Numbered from the whole stretch's first letter, positions 37,372-51,916 are shown. The stretch: DNA of 62,961 nucleotides, filler included, from Sluysia triapertura (GCA_046118255.1; 5 parts of 5 records of this genome joined end to end with filler, not necessarily neighbours in it); one strand, 5' to 3'. Translations and numbers: made by a program. Notes: generated by a model not told the origin, from the letters alone.

Positions 37372-38070
37372 TAAAATTTATTCCACGAACGGTTCCAAAT
37401 ATTGTCCAAAAAATTATAAAATTTATTCCACAAATGGTTCCAAATATTGTCCAAAAATTATAAATATGGTTTACGAATCTTTATATTTAATCTTCGAATT
37501 ATTCCAAAACACTTTTGTCCAAAAATATAATTAAGTTCTGACCTTTTTACAATTCTCAGGTCTTTTTATAATAATTTTTTCTTTTCCTTGTGATATACGT
37601 TATTAATATAAATATTATTTATTTTCGTATACGTTATTCAAAATTAATATAAATATTATTTATTTTCCATATCCGATTTTATATTTAGACTATAATAAAT
37701 TTCCGAAAAATAATATAATGATTAATTGACATAATTTATAAATATCCGTTTTTTTTGTGTTTATGTTAGAGCTTTTATACTCCTATTAAATAATATAATA
37801 TCCGATAAATAATTATTTTTATACTTCCTTTTTATTATAATGATTTATAAATATCCGATTAAATAACAGAGATAATAGACAAGTATTTCCGTGATTAGGA
37901 TCCAATTTAATATAAACTAAATAATTTTAGATATAAACATCCTAAATTGTTTATTAAAATTTCAATTATTATATTATCTCATAATTTCAATTAAGATATA
38001 AACATCCTAAATTTAAAAATGTCTATTAATATTTTAATTATTATATTATCTCATAATTTCAATTAAAATT
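37372..38070. repeat. cluster of short tandem duplications
   Basis: A ~45-bp duplication (AAAATTTATTCCAC..GGTTCCAAATATTGTCCAAAAA) at 37372-37464, a duplicated ATACGTTATT..ATATAAATATTATTTATTTT, and a ~65-bp duplication (AGATATAAACATCCTAAATT..ATATTATCTCATAATTTCAATTAA) at 37929-38066. Confidence 0.7.
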
Positions 38071-39642
38071 ATTATTATTTAGAATTAAATTAATATATTT
38101 TTTACAATTATTATACTATTACATAATTTTATTTTTCTTCGGATATTCGGATATATTATTTACAGTAATAAACATGATAAAGGGATGTATCGCGTACGAC
38201 AAGAGGTCAGTAATGAGACTTTGTTACTCATGTGTGATAATTTCAGATTGTATAAGAAAAAGGCTATGAAAACCTTAAAATGATTTTTAAGGTATAAAAC
38301 GGATAAAAGTTTATTCGTTACTTCACTTAATTAGTTTAATTAAAATATGTTTTGTAAAATAAATTTCCATCAAATTGATATATTTGGACAAGTTACACAG
38401 TGAATAAAAGATGTAAGGTATCATTAATAGAAAAATGAAAATCTTACGATTTAAATTAACGGAGATAACGAAATAAATTATTATTTTAATTAATTTTAAC
38501 TGTTAACAATGAATCGTGTATCATAGAATAAATAGAGGAATCAGCGTTTTTTTCTAAAACTAACTTACAAAATGATTTTAATAGAATTTCGGATTTGCCT
38601 TTAGTCAAAGATTTATATCCATTGGAACACGTTTCTATAGGACTTAATACATTATATATTTGATGATATTCTTTCTTTGAACTACAAAGTATCTTTGCGA
38701 AATGGTCACACTGTTACACTACTGTGAATTAATTTTTTTTAATTTTTTCTAAACTATTAATTCAAACAATATTATAATCTATTTATATTAGCAATGTGAG
38801 TTTTCAGTAAGTTTTCCATAATCTGACTTATATTGAAATCTGTGGTGGTCAACCTTCACTATTATTAAAATTTATAAAAGTAATCCTTTAACATTCTAAT
38901 ATTCACATATTTATCTTCTCTACACTCACGAAAACAGTTCATCTGCCAGAATCAAGTCATATCCACAATCTCATAACATACAAACCATGCGTACATCCAA
39001 TACCATCAATTTACATCAACAGATCCATCAAAATATGTTGCTCGGCATTCAAAACAATCAAACTACAACCACATTCGAAATTAGCCACCTTCGAATCAAT
39101 TTCAACATTTTAAATTCATCATTTCTTATCACATAATCCCTAACAGAACAAAAGACAATACCACTTAAAAACAGCAAGAGAACAAATCATATTATCAACA
39201 TTGTACAATAACCTTTCGAATATTCTAAGAGTTGTACTATAATTTATCTCTTTCACATTCACTTAAACCAACCTTTACTTAAAGATTTTTAGTTTCAAAT
39301 ATGTTTAGAAATCTAAAGAATTTAAAGCAAGATTATGTACAGTTTTTAAAGAATTTAAGAATTCATGCAGTTTAATGAAAACAATAACTATAACATCGTT
39401 CCTCTTGTTATTGTTCTTATTACACTCAATTTAATTATTTTTAGTTTTGAATACAAAATATGTAAGAAATACAAAGAAAAGAAAGAAAGATTGTGAAAGT
39501 TTAGCAAGAATGTATGTATTTTTTTAAAATATTCTTAAATATTTTACATTTACTTAATGTTAATAATAATAGCAACATTGTTGTTATTATTATTATTAAC
39601 ACTGAACTTTATAATTTCATTTAATTACAAAAGTTGTATCTA

Positions 39643-39801
39643 CCATCACCAGTACTGACGTTGATGATTATTGTATATAGATTTATATCAGCACTGATGA
39701 TGGCTCATCACACAAGTATTCTAATTTTATTTTTCATATTAGTCGTCCAATCACTGTTACATTGATAATCAATTTTGACGCCTTCTGATTGGACGACTAA
39801 T
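39643..39801. promoter_or_regulatory. double-hairpin cassette upstream of duplicated gene copy B
   Basis: CCATCACCAGTACTGA/TCAGCACTGATGATGG (39643-39703), plus a perfect 16-bp IR, ATTAGTCGTCCAATCA (39738-39753) / TGATTGGACGACTAAT (39786-39801). Confidence 0.4.
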
Positions 39802-39853
39802 CAGATCAATCTGCTTCACAAAATTTTTAAAAGAAAATTAATTTGCAAAAAAA

Positions 39854-40597
39854 ATGCTAAAGCGTAAAAAGATTTAAAGATTTAAAAAGAAGTAAATTGA
39901 CGCCTAACCAAATGAATAAAAATTTACGGTGTAATTTTAAGTTTGATTCTGAAATTGAATTAATTACATTAATTCGTCAATCAGTAAATGAAACTAAAAA
40001 GCTATTTGGAGCACAATATGATTCTAATTGCCAAATATCTGATACCTTAATGGAGTTTTCTTTAGTATCAACTGATAACGGCAACGAATTAATTAGTTTA
40101 CTAGTTGATGATGTATATGAAAGATTTAAATGTGTCATTTTTGAGTGTATAGAATGACACAATCCAGGATACATAGTTCCAGTTTTAGAATAATAAAAGA
40201 ATTGTTTAAAATTTACAGTTTTGTATCATTGGATCCAATTTATACATATATTAATCATTTATTATTTTTCAAAGAACTAGTTCAGTTACTAATAACGAAC
40301 GTTTTAACTAGATATATTATATTTTTTGATTCTCATTTACTTGTATAGAATATGTTTAAAGAGAAAAAAAGCAATACTACATTGAATCAAATGAATAATG
40401 TAGATGAATCTATGATTTTCTTAATTGATTTTCTGAAAGGCTACGGTCGTATTAACATGTTGATGACTGCTTATAGTAAAGATAATTTAAAATTTATAGC
40501 ACAACATAATGTTCTACTACATGTTGCACTTTTATCCAGTTATTTTGCATCTTTTCATAATGAACCAACAATAACGTTTTGTGATGACTCATATTAA
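39854..40597 (+). pseudogene. duplicated unknown gene, copy B (longer, frameshifted)
   Basis: Homolog of 33242-33700, broken into ORFs 39897-40157, 40145-40348 and 40352-40597. A probable mini-intron ends in TGTATAG at 40348. Confidence 0.55.
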
Positions 40598-41229
40598 TTC
40601 ATTGAACTCATATTGATTATATTATTAACAATGATATTGTTTGACTTAGAATTATTTATCGTTGAATTATAAATGATATAAATTTTCTCTTATGAATTTT
40701 ATTGGAATATAAATTTTATTTTAATTCTATTGGAATAATGTAAGAATTTTTTTATTTATTTTTATTAATTTTATTAACCTATTATAACTTTATTTTATTA
40801 ATTTATTTAAGGAAACTAACGTCACTAATTTAATTTTTAAAACTTATTAATTTTTAAAATTTTGTTTAAATATTTTAATTTGATATTTTTGTTTTAGTCT
40901 GACCATGATTATCTTTCTGATAAAGTGACGTTAGTTTAATGTTATTAAGGACAATATATTAAATATCATTAGCAAAATTGACTTAAATTTTATTAATAAT
41001 ACTTTAGATCATAAATGACGATCTTAAGCAAAATCTTCTTATAAAATTTATTTGATTATAACTAACTAGAAATAGTTAGTTGATGTAAAATTTATCATTA
41101 TTATTATTGATAATATTTGTTTATTATTCCTTATAATTTTTCATTCATAACGTACATAGTTTTAAAATCTATTGAAGTTATACGTTTTAGTAGTTTTCAA
41201 AAAACTAGAATTTAATTCTAGTAAGTAAA

Positions 41230-41445
41230 ATCTTATTTATGATTCCGTATAAAGGAATCTTACGTAAAATATACAATTAAATTTGATTTTGCAATTTAAA
41301 TTACAAAAGATCTTCTAAAATAGCAAAAATATTCATCTCCAGATTAAAGCACTCAATTAACTTAATTTTCTTTTAAATTATCTTATAAAAATCCAACGGC
41401 TGGCTCTAGCAGGTAAATCCAGTACGTTGGTGGACTCACATCTTT
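41230..41445. repeat. dispersed repeat, second copy at about 54345-54545
   Basis: CAACGGCTGGCTCTAGCAGGTAA..TACGTTG versus CAACGGCTAGCCCTAACCGGTAA..TACGTTG, plus upstream AGGA(A/T)T.TT.CGTAAAAT similarity. Confidence 0.55.
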
Positions 41446-42273
41446 AACTTATTTTATTCTATTTGCTTCACTTTTCTCACAATATTAATTTAATATTAAT
41501 ATCAAGTGTAAGTATTTTTATAATTAATTTATGTAGTATTAAATTTTACTAATTTAGTAATAAAAGTTTCGTGGATTTTATATTAATGATTAAAATTATC
41601 TTAATAAGGTAGAAAACTAACGATTAAAAATAATATAAATTGATTTCGATGAAGTTTCAATTAATTGTTATTCGTATATAGAAAATTAATTATTCTTCAA
41701 TTGTTGTTTGAAAATGCAAAATAATTAAAGTTTCTTTCTTTCTATTATAAAATACCACAAAAATTCATAATGAAAATTTGTTTTTTTAATTGCGAATATT
41801 ATTCAAAAATTTCAACATTACATACACTAGATGTAGAACAAAGTACATATTCATAAAATGAAAATGTCATAATTTAGACATAAATGATGATAAATCTTAC
41901 ATAGTTAAACTTTGAAAACACAATTACAGAATAAACAAACATCACAATTCTTAAAATATTTTATACTTGATAATGTGTGTATAATATATACACTTTGTAG
42001 TTATGTTAATAATACATTAATTATGTCTTTATGTATGTTTAAGAAATTCAATAGTTATTGGTCGAAATTGAAACATAATCATAATATTTTGTTGCATAAA
42101 TTAATTTAATCTAAAAATAAATTAATAATAATAATAATGATTGACATAATGTTCAATTTTAGTTTAAGATTATTTTTTTAAATAAAATTAATAAAATAAA
42201 ATAAAAATTTTAAAATAATTAATTTAACAAAAATCGTATAAAAATTAGAATTACATAGATATAGATGTTTTAC

Positions 42274-42493
42274 AGTTTGCATCATCGAGTTTCTAGTTTG
42301 AGCTAATGGTATCGTCGATGTAATGGTAGGCATTTCTGGAGTGTTGTTATAAATTTCATTATTGAGATGATAGTGATGATTAAGATGGTGATTTGTTTGT
42401 GAAGTAGATTGTTTGAAATACGCTTGTGAATCAAGATGAGGTGAAGTGTTCGAAAAAGGCGCTTTGTAATGATTGCTGATTATATTGGAACAG
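42274..42493 (-). CDS. probable internal exon, His/Ser/Thr-rich, unknown protein
   Basis: TTATTAG acceptor and GTAAAA donor enclose an open frame: CSNIISNHYKAPFSNTSPHLDSQAYFKQSTSQTNHHLNHHYHLNNE..SMMQT. Confidence 0.45.
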
Positions 42494-45400
42494 CTAATAA
42501 TTAATAAATTGTTATTCGCTGAATGATGATTTCGTTATATTCATTTTTAAAATACAAATTTAATGATTTTTGATGTAATGAATGATTTAGATGTAAAAGT
42601 ATGATTTTTAGTGTAGCGTGATGTATTAAATTTGCGTGAAGATGTTGGCCACCACAAACCGCAACACTACAAAGACGTTAAAGCACCCAAAGTATCATTT
42701 AAATTAATTGTTTGAAAAACTTTATGAATGAAAACTCCTTTGTAACATCATGAATCTTAAAGATAAATCACATATCTGAAAATCAAAATTAATACTACTA
42801 TTTCTTGTAATTCAAGTTTGTTTAGACAATGCACATGTAAAGTACAATTACCTTTTGATGTAATAGCTCCATCACCAAAGTCAAAATTATCGTTTTAATT
42901 TTAAAATCACAAAATGTACAAAACTAAAGTGTAATTAATACTGAGCTATGTATGAGGTTCGAACGTATTTCGAATTTAATGGTAAAATTAAATTGACACA
43001 AATGCAATCAAAATTCACAGTCAATTCATTAGCAACATGGATTAATAAATAATGTTAGTTTCATTTAATGTTATTACTTTTAAATTCATTCAATTAAAAA
43101 TAAAAATTAAGAAAATCATATACGATACATAGATACACATACAAAAATAAAGTATCAATAATGATGTATTTACAAAAAAAATCAATACAATTATAAGAGG
43201 AAAAATAATTGGTGGAAATTAACAAATCATCTTATGGAAATTATTTAATTGAATAAGTAATAAAATTATAATAGAAATAATAAAAATAAAAATCTAAGCT
43301 TCTCTTTTTTTATATGTACATAGCTAAGTTCAATTTTTTGTGTTGGGAACATTTTCTGTTGTTTTCTTATTCAATTTTTTGATTCTTTGTTTATATTTTT
43401 TATCAATTAATTTAATTATTTTTTCATTAAAATAAGCCAAATAACTGATTTTAGATCGACGTGGTCGCAGACACGTTTTTAAAATACCACCAAATTGAGA
43501 TTCTGAAATAAAAATTTACAAAAACATTAGCTATTTTCTAATAACAGTAAATTAAATAATACAAGTTGATATTGGTGAAATACTGAAAAAAGTTTAATTA
43601 AAATGATATAATAAAAACAATATTATAGAACAATAAAAACTTATTTCTTTTATTTAGCAACTATTTTCCAAAATTGAGTTACAAGTTTTCGGCATAAAAT
43701 CTTGAGAAGTTTTATTTGGTATTTACGCTAATGTAATATTTATTTTATCAATAATGTGAGCCCATAATAAATCTTGTTGATGCAAACTGTAAAGTGAAAG
43801 TTTGTTTAATTCCTCTCTGGTAAAAGAGATTGGAAGTGCAGATTTTGTCATTTACATCTAATTAGAGTTCTATATTTATATAGTGAAAAAATCCCCCTCT
43901 AATTAATTAATAAAAACAAGATATATACTACAACAGTTGAATGAATCAGATATAACATATGAACAGAGTAATAAAAATTGGATTAATAAAAACTTGAAGG
44001 TAACTTAGAGTCTAATATCTATGAGACTCTAATATCTTATTTTTTACTAAAATTTATATTTCATCGAACTGTTACGAATTCAAAATAATTTTTTTATTTT
44101 AAAAAATAATTATGCACGATCATCGGACAAGTACTAATCCCCTTAAAACAATCATGCCATCAGTGATTTGAAAAATGCTTTTCTTTGCAATGTTTCGATA
44201 TGTTGAAAGAGTGTGGGATTTCTGAAAATATTTATCGGAAAGTGTTGTTCCAGATTTATTACTCCATCTGAATTGTGGTCTAACACTCATGAGTTCGAAA
44301 TATTTTTATACTGAAAATTTCTGCTTGTCGAATTTCAACACCGAAAAAGTTGTAAGACGCGAAAATTATTATTATCATTAATTAACGAATTTAAATAATT
44401 TATTAAAATCGATGTCGGATAACTTTACGATTTTAATACTTAGCACTTCATCTATAAACAAATATTTTGTAGAACTAACTGCAAATACATTTAGTAGTAA
44501 GATCTAATTTACATTTTCTTAAAGCTCAATGAAAACTATTCTAATAGGTTTATAATTATCCAGATTATGAACTTGATAAAATGGTAAACGATTACATAAT
44601 TAAGGTCATATTGTTCAAAATAATAAACATGATGTTCTATGAACAAAATTTCAATAAATGTAACATAAGATCTGAAATTACCAAATATTGTTTTCACGAA
44701 TTTAATTATAATCGTCTAAAAATAAAACCTTCAGCAATTATACTGCAGTAACTTACTACTCGTTCTTATGACGCTACTGTTTAATTCTTAATCTTTTTGA
44801 ATTACGAATGAAGTTCATATCTATGTTCTATTTTTACTTCATTTTGATTTGACATTATAAGATATTTATTTTGAGATTTATTCTTAGTTTTATCTTATAT
44901 TAAATTTACTTGGGATTTAATTAATATTATATTATTATTTTAATAATTCACAATTTCGCAATTGCAATATAAGTAGGGAATTTAAAAGTAAATTAAAAAG
45001 TGATAAAGTAAAAAAATTAGGCTTGTAAAAATTTTAACAAGTTTGGAAGCAACATCTTTCCATATTCTCCATTTATTAATCCTGTAAAGGCTTTTCAAAA
45101 TTGAAATCAATTACTCATTTTCAAATATTCACTATGAACCTTTTGAAAAAAACTAAAGTTTTGGACTAAATTTTAGAAATATGAAAATTATTTCACTAAG
45201 ATATTCTAAATAGTTAATAGTTAAAGTAAAAATTCGCGAAATGGAAAATACATTCTTCAATAAAATGCTTTTACAAACTTGAATTAAACCCTGTATATTA
45301 AAGTTTAACTCTAAAAGAACTAATTTAAATAGCTCAATTTTCAAGGCGTTTTTATAATCATTTGAGTTGAGTATAAAATTATCTCAAATATCAACGATAC

Positions 45401-48400
45401 CACGTTTACTTCTGTATATACATGGTAACATCAAGAAAGTTTCGCCACTTGCTAAAACAAAATTAATATCTACAAATGATAAACAATCAACATTATTTAT
45501 CGAAGCTAATTTATTTTCAAATATACAATTCATTTATGCAATTCAATTATTCTTGCACATATTTCAGTTTCCTCATTTAATGTTTCTTTATCTTAAAACC
45601 ACTTTCATTTCAAATGTTTCTTCAAATGATAGAAATAAAAATCACTTGGAGCGAATTTAAGATTATACTAACCAGTTGCCTTCTGACTAGTATAACTGAT
45701 TCCTACGGGTCTATTATTATGCTGTATATTATGTTGAATAAACTCGCTCCAATTGATTTTTTCCTTTTCGACTTCCTTCTATTTTACGTGCAGTTAATAC
45801 TTCGATTACTCGTTGTATCATTTTATTAGGTTTTATCATTTTTCACAAAATATGTATTAACTTGGCTAAAATAATCCCATAAAATTGATAAAAGCATTTT
45901 TATGGATTAATTATGGCTTTAAAACTATAACAAGATCTTCTCTTTAATTGACTTTCCAGTTTATGGTATAACTCTTATTATATTTTATAGTAATCTCTGT
46001 CCTTTACCTTCAAACGTTTCATATTTGCATTACAATTATTTAATAAAATTTTGTTATGCTTTAATAAATTTTAATAACTTTCTATGTTATAAAAACGGTA
46101 AACTGTTTATGATTTCTTAATTTAAATTCATAAAATCTTATTCACTTTAATATTATTTATAATTGAACTTTTACTTAATTAGTCACCAATATTTTTCATT
46201 TCGTCTTTAATGTAAGGTATAAAAGTGATAATGGGATTTTAAATTTTCTTTCGAAGTCTTTAACTATTAAAAATTTATTAACAGAACAAAACTTATAAAA
46301 TAAAACAAAAAATGTAGTTACAACTGTCAAATAAACTCTATGTAAGTTATGTACTTTATTGTTATCTAATAATTTACGAAAATACAAATTTTATTCAAAT
46401 ATCTTTATAAAAAAGTTAATTTAATTTTTTTACTTTCTAGCAATTAGAGACTATCAATCTAATTAATCGAGTTACTGATTCAATAGTTTCACCAAATTAT
46501 GCAGTAATTCAACTTCTCTCGTCTAATTTTTGTCTCTTGGTAAAAATCCATTTCATTATATAGCGTTTTTTTGTGGATGCTGAATTCTTTCATAATAATT
46601 TCTTCATAATCACTTTCTTTTTATAGTGAATCTCGTTATTTAGCCAACTCTGTTCCTTCCATATAATGATTAATCACATTGTCTAGTATATTTCTGCTTA
46701 TTTACATCCGTCTTAACTTTTATGTTTTAGTTATAATACTGCAGTGAATTTGTGTGCGCTTGAAATATATTGAAAAACCATTCATTTAAAATGTGCACAT
46801 TTATTGTATATATGTATGTACACTATTGAAAAATTAATATTCATTTATTATGCATTTTTAGTTCGTTAAGATAGTATATCCACTATTTCATTTAATATGA
46901 TTACATTTACATATATGTGAAATTAAAAAATAAGATGCAAATCTTGAATACAACTTCCTCATGCCACGATTTTGAAGAATATTATGCACAAAAACGTAAA
47001 TGATCTATAATTGAAAATCTACCACATTCTTCGTCATACATTTGACTTACGCCCCCCCCCACTAAATTCGTTTATTCATCTATAAATTGCTGGGATATAG
47101 ACACGATTTGTTCTACTGTTACATTTCTTTGCATTCTACTTTTCATAATGTCAAAAATTTGAGCACTGACATTATTTCTGCCATATCAGTAAAATTAGGC
47201 TCTTGAAACTATTTTTTTAAATATTTATTTTAAATTATGTTTCAAGTAAACTTTGAAATATTTATATTTATCATTATTAAAAGTTTTTATCTCCAGCGAC
47301 AGTAACTCTAGAGTTTCGTTATGTAAGATTTAAAAAAGTGTATGGTCAGAAGTATTAATTTAATATAATTGTACAAGGTGAGTCATAAATAATGAAGAAT
47401 GTATTATTGTATTGGTATTTGTTAGTCTGTATATAGATTATTCGATGTAGTCATTTTTCTACATTAAACATTCACTGATTTATTACGTGGATATTATCCA
47501 AATAAGTAGTCTTCAAGCTACAATAAGAATATTTAAAAGGCAGTGCTTAAAAAGAGTTTGATGGATTACGCATAATCGCATGAAACTCATAAATTGCAAT
47601 CTTTACAATGACACCGTCAAAAAATTTGTTTGGTATTAGAATGTGTAACTGATGCAGATATTTTCTTTAATTACGTGCATTGTTTCGTATAATGCATTAT
47701 AATTCTACTTTACTCAAGGCGCATCCTTCATATAAATTAATATTCCTTCAATTTACTAGTAATTATGATTTTTACTAAAGTCAACAAATGTTTTTTAAAT
47801 TAATTATTTTTAATCTATTAATATATTAAGTAAAAAAGAGTTATTAGTCTTAAAACTTCAATTGATCCACGCTTTAATAAAACTCATTGATTAAAAATTT
47901 TCGCAACGAAATTGTGAAGCTTTAGGTATTTAATGTTACATTAATTAATAAGTCGTTCAAGATTTAGCATATTTAAATGTTATTTCTAATATTTTCATTG
48001 AGTAATAAAAATATAAATTGTTTATTTTAGAAATATCCAACCCTGGTTCCACAGATTACTTCCATATTTGTTTATGACATAAAAACACGATGAAATTGTG
48101 TCGCTGAACTCACTTCATATTAAACGTCACTAGGAAAGTATACATCTAACATACAACAGTCATCTATAAATTCATTCAGAAATATCATGATCTAAGGAAG
48201 TTCCTAAGATTTTAAACCTATGTTTAACTTAAATAATTCTATGATATTAAGAGTTTTGAGCAAAAATATAGAAAAAATTATCAGAAACTAAACATAATTA
48301 AAAGATAAAAATAGATTTTGCGATATCTTATGTACCTTTCTTGAAAAAATGAATAATTATTTAAATTAGAACAGATAATAGTAGCAAATTTATCAATATA

Positions 48401-48496
48401 AAATAAACGAAACAAAAAGATTTCAGCAAATTTAAACAACTTACAGTAAAATATATAGTTAACCTAAAATATAAATTAAATAACAGAAATATTTAC

Positions 48497-48740
48497 TCCT
48501 AAGTAAACTGCAGTCTCTCTTTTTCTTTTTCTTTTTTTGCTTAGTTCCACTTTTTAAACTTGATGTCTGCTGCGATAAAACTGTAGTAAGTTTTAATAGT
48601 TCATTATTTTGTTGATTTTCATTACACAAATCAATTTTAGTTGGATTTTCAATGGTTTCACATGTTATTGGTTGGTCAGAAATCGAATTTCGAGATGTAT
48701 CTGGTCTAATACGGGTAAATTTCATTTTCTTAGTATCTAT
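48497..48740 (-). CDS. probable internal exon with poly-Lys NLS-like tract, unknown protein
   Basis: TTTTTCAG acceptor and GTAAAT donor enclose an open frame: IDTKKMKFTRIRPDTSR..TKQKKKKKKRDCSLLR. It may belong to the same gene as 42274-42493. Confidence 0.5.
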
Positions 48741-49719
48741 CTGAAAAAATTATCAAATTTAGCATATTATTTTTCATTGAAGTTAATCAAAAATCTAGAT
48801 TATATTAGAAAATATTTAACACTATAATATTCAGGTAAATTGATAAGAAATGCATTTAAATTGTAAATAGTAATTTAAAATAATAATGATAATATTTTTA
48901 TTAATAATAATAATAATACTAATAGAATATTTTCCTAATAATAGAATAGAATATTATTTCTTTCGCGCCGACTTTTTTATTTTAAGTTAAATTATTAGTT
49001 AAAACATAATAAGATACATCTACGAAATTTTTAATTTTTTGGACTTTAGATATTGAAGAAAATACCATGGAACAAATGAATCCTATTCGCTATATAAAAT
49101 TTACTCAGAAAAAAACCAAAAAATTGTAATTGAAAATCTAACGGAGCATTTGTATTCTATCAAATTTTCTTTTGATTTTGATATCTTCAACTATAAATAA
49201 ACTCTGTCAACATGACTTATCAACCATATATAAATATGGTCAACATAATACATCAACATCGCATAAATGGCGTCAATTTAATTTGTTAACTACATATGGA
49301 TTTAGCCGTGGTCGTATTTTAAGTATATTTCTTATTGTTATTAATCTTAACATTTAAAGCACTTGAATTCGACTTGAAAGTTAAAATTAAAATATGAATA
49401 ACACTTAAGACAATTTATTTTACAAAAATCTACTAAAATCATCAAGTTATTTAACTAAAATCATCTGAGATTTAAAAAGTTTATTGTCATATGGACAAAT
49501 CTTCTGTATGATACAAAGAATCTCATAAGCACAATCAGATACAATTTATCAAATATTTCATCACTTTTAAGTTTATAAAGTATACACTTATTTACCATGA
49601 AACATACATGATCTAAAATTTGGACTTCTTTCTAACGGTAATCGTGGTCTTCTTCTGCAATATATTCTTTATAAATACATTTTCACTAAAAATGTATTTA
49701 AAGATACATCTTCACTATA

Positions 49720-50055
49720 TTTGAATTTCCTCCAGTAAACTTGCATAAGTGAAGAACACCTACCTATAAATCTTACGATGAGCTCTATAAGTTTTAGTTC
49801 TCAATTTTGAAATAACTTCCATATGTGAAAGAGAACACATATACCTCTTAATATTACCATGAGCTCCTTGAGTTTTATATCTCAATTTTGAAACTCTAGG
49901 GACACATATATGTTCAAATAGTATTTGATCAGTTTAAACCTTTAAACTCAATATTTGCTTCCGCACTTCTCAACATCCTCAATAAATGTTCTCTAGATTT
50001 TTTGAACCATCTGCTTTGAGAACAATTGGAAGTCTTGGCTGTGAACATTTCTTTA
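49720..50055 (-). pseudogene. RPL17: 60S ribosomal protein L17 (uL22) fragment with internal duplication
   Basis: KCSQ.KTSNCSQSRWFKKSREHLLRMLRSAEANIEFKGLN*..SKLRYKTQGAHGNIKRYMCSLSHMEVI, followed by a second SKLRTKTYRAHRKI. This matches [36 protein letters not shown]. Confidence 0.85.
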
Positions 50056-51149
50056 GGAAAAATCAATATCTTAAAATTATGTATAAAAAACGTAACTTTC
50101 TTTAAAATTGATAAATTTTTCTAAAAAATTTATTCCAAAAAATTGAAACATGTTAAGCTGTCATCAAAATATCTTTCCATTAGTTTCAAAAGCAATAATG
50201 ATTTAAATAAGGTTATTAAATTAATTTATTATAAACGTAGAAACAATAGATTTAGAAATAATCTGAAGACTTTTGAAGTTACAATAAACAATACTATTTC
50301 AAATAACACAAATTAGATTCCTCAAGCCAATTCGATAATCGACCTTCACGTATCGTATTGCAACAAATCCAATCTTTGATAAGTCGTATAATTAATCTAT
50401 GAACAAAACTATAAACTTTATGAAATATATTTTAATCTTAACCATTATGGTCAATAATACATCGTTCATTCGAATTTTAAATGCAATAAGGGTTTATCCC
50501 CAAACCTAAATACCGAAATAACTAATGCTAATTGCATTAGTGAAAGTGAGGCAACTTTGTCTCAGTTAATAAATAAACTATTCTATAAATAACAAGTAAT
50601 CTGAAATATTGCATAAGTATGTAATAATTTCTATAAATAATTGCGTTGACCCAAATCTTTACCTATGTTATTATCATATGCATTATAACTCATTATATTA
50701 ACTTATATCTTCATCGACCAAGCTTTAACTTTTAAAATAATAAATTTATTATTTTTTTGAAGTAATCCAAAATTATTATTTTTACTAGTAACTTTTTATC
50801 AAGTATGTCGTCATTATTGTTATCATCAATTGCACTATTAGTCCGAGGATAAACTTAAGGATTACCGAGACTCAATATTATTTTTATGATAATCAATTTT
50901 TTATTGAAAATGTAATACTGACAAGTTCACATGTTTAAGAAAACGGAAAAAATTGCATTCGAATGAATACAATAAGTAGAAACTAAAGAGACAAAAATAT
51001 ACAAGATTGACAAAAACAAACATTAATGATGGAAATAAAATGCCTAATGGCTTTTTTTAGAACATATATGGTAAAAACAGTATGATCCAACAGTATTGAT
51101 AATAATACAAGTGGAACATGCCAGCATATTAAAGAACCGATAGCAGCAT

Positions 51150-51330
51150 CAAAAATTGATTTGGTAATATTTTATGAAAATCAACCACGTGTTAGTTGTG
51201 GTACTCGAGATTATAAAGCTTCATAAAAGTACAATCTGCCTTACGATTATAAAGTCGATGTTTGGTCATTCGATGTATTGTTACATAAATTAATTTATCG
51301 TCGTTTAACTTTTATTTATGATGAAAATTT
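51150..51330 (+). pseudogene. Ser/Thr protein kinase fragment (subdomains VIII-IX)
   Basis: SCGTRDYKAS*..PYDYKVDVWSFDVLLHKLI is a decayed CGTxDYxAPE..YDxKVDVWSxGV. Confidence 0.75.
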
Positions 51331-51684
51331 GAAAAAGTTTTTACAATATAAATGCGGATTATGAAATATTTGTTGAGAAAAGAATGTCACTTTATTGATG
51401 AATATTTTTATAGAATCCAAATTTCAGATATTCATTAAAAAATTGTACATACAATACATATTGTTTCACAAGAGAATCATTCAAAATTAATTTTTTAAAA
51501 ATATTTGAATTATAATTTATAATATAATATAATTTATAATATAACAAATGAATTCTATCAGACAAATTTATCAAAATCTCGTATTGTTTATCTTAAAAAA
51601 GCTATTTTTAGCATTTATTTTATTTATTTGAAATATTTACAGATTTGTGAACTGAAAAATATTTTATCTTTTTTTGGATTATAA

Positions 51685-51853
51685 GTATTTTCCGGATTAT
51701 AAGGCGCACTTTTAAAAAGATTTTAGCTAAATTTTAGGAGGTGCGCATTATAATCCGGAAAATACGGTAATAGAAAACTATACAAGCATTAACTTTGAGT
51801 AATTTCGTTAAGTTCACTTTTTAGAATGCGCCTTATAGTTAGGAAAATACGGT
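51685..51853. mobile_element. pogo/Tc2-like MITE plus an extra right end
   Basis: GTATTTTCCGGATTATAAGGCGCAC (51685-51709) pairs with GTGCGCATTATAATCCGGAAAATACGG-TA (51741-51769). A second right end, TGCGCCTTATAG..GGAAAATACGG-TA, lies at 51827-51854. Confidence 0.8.
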
Positions 51854-51916
51854 AATTATTTTATTACTATCTTTATTATTATTATTATTATTTTATTAAA
51901 AATCAATTTATATATA

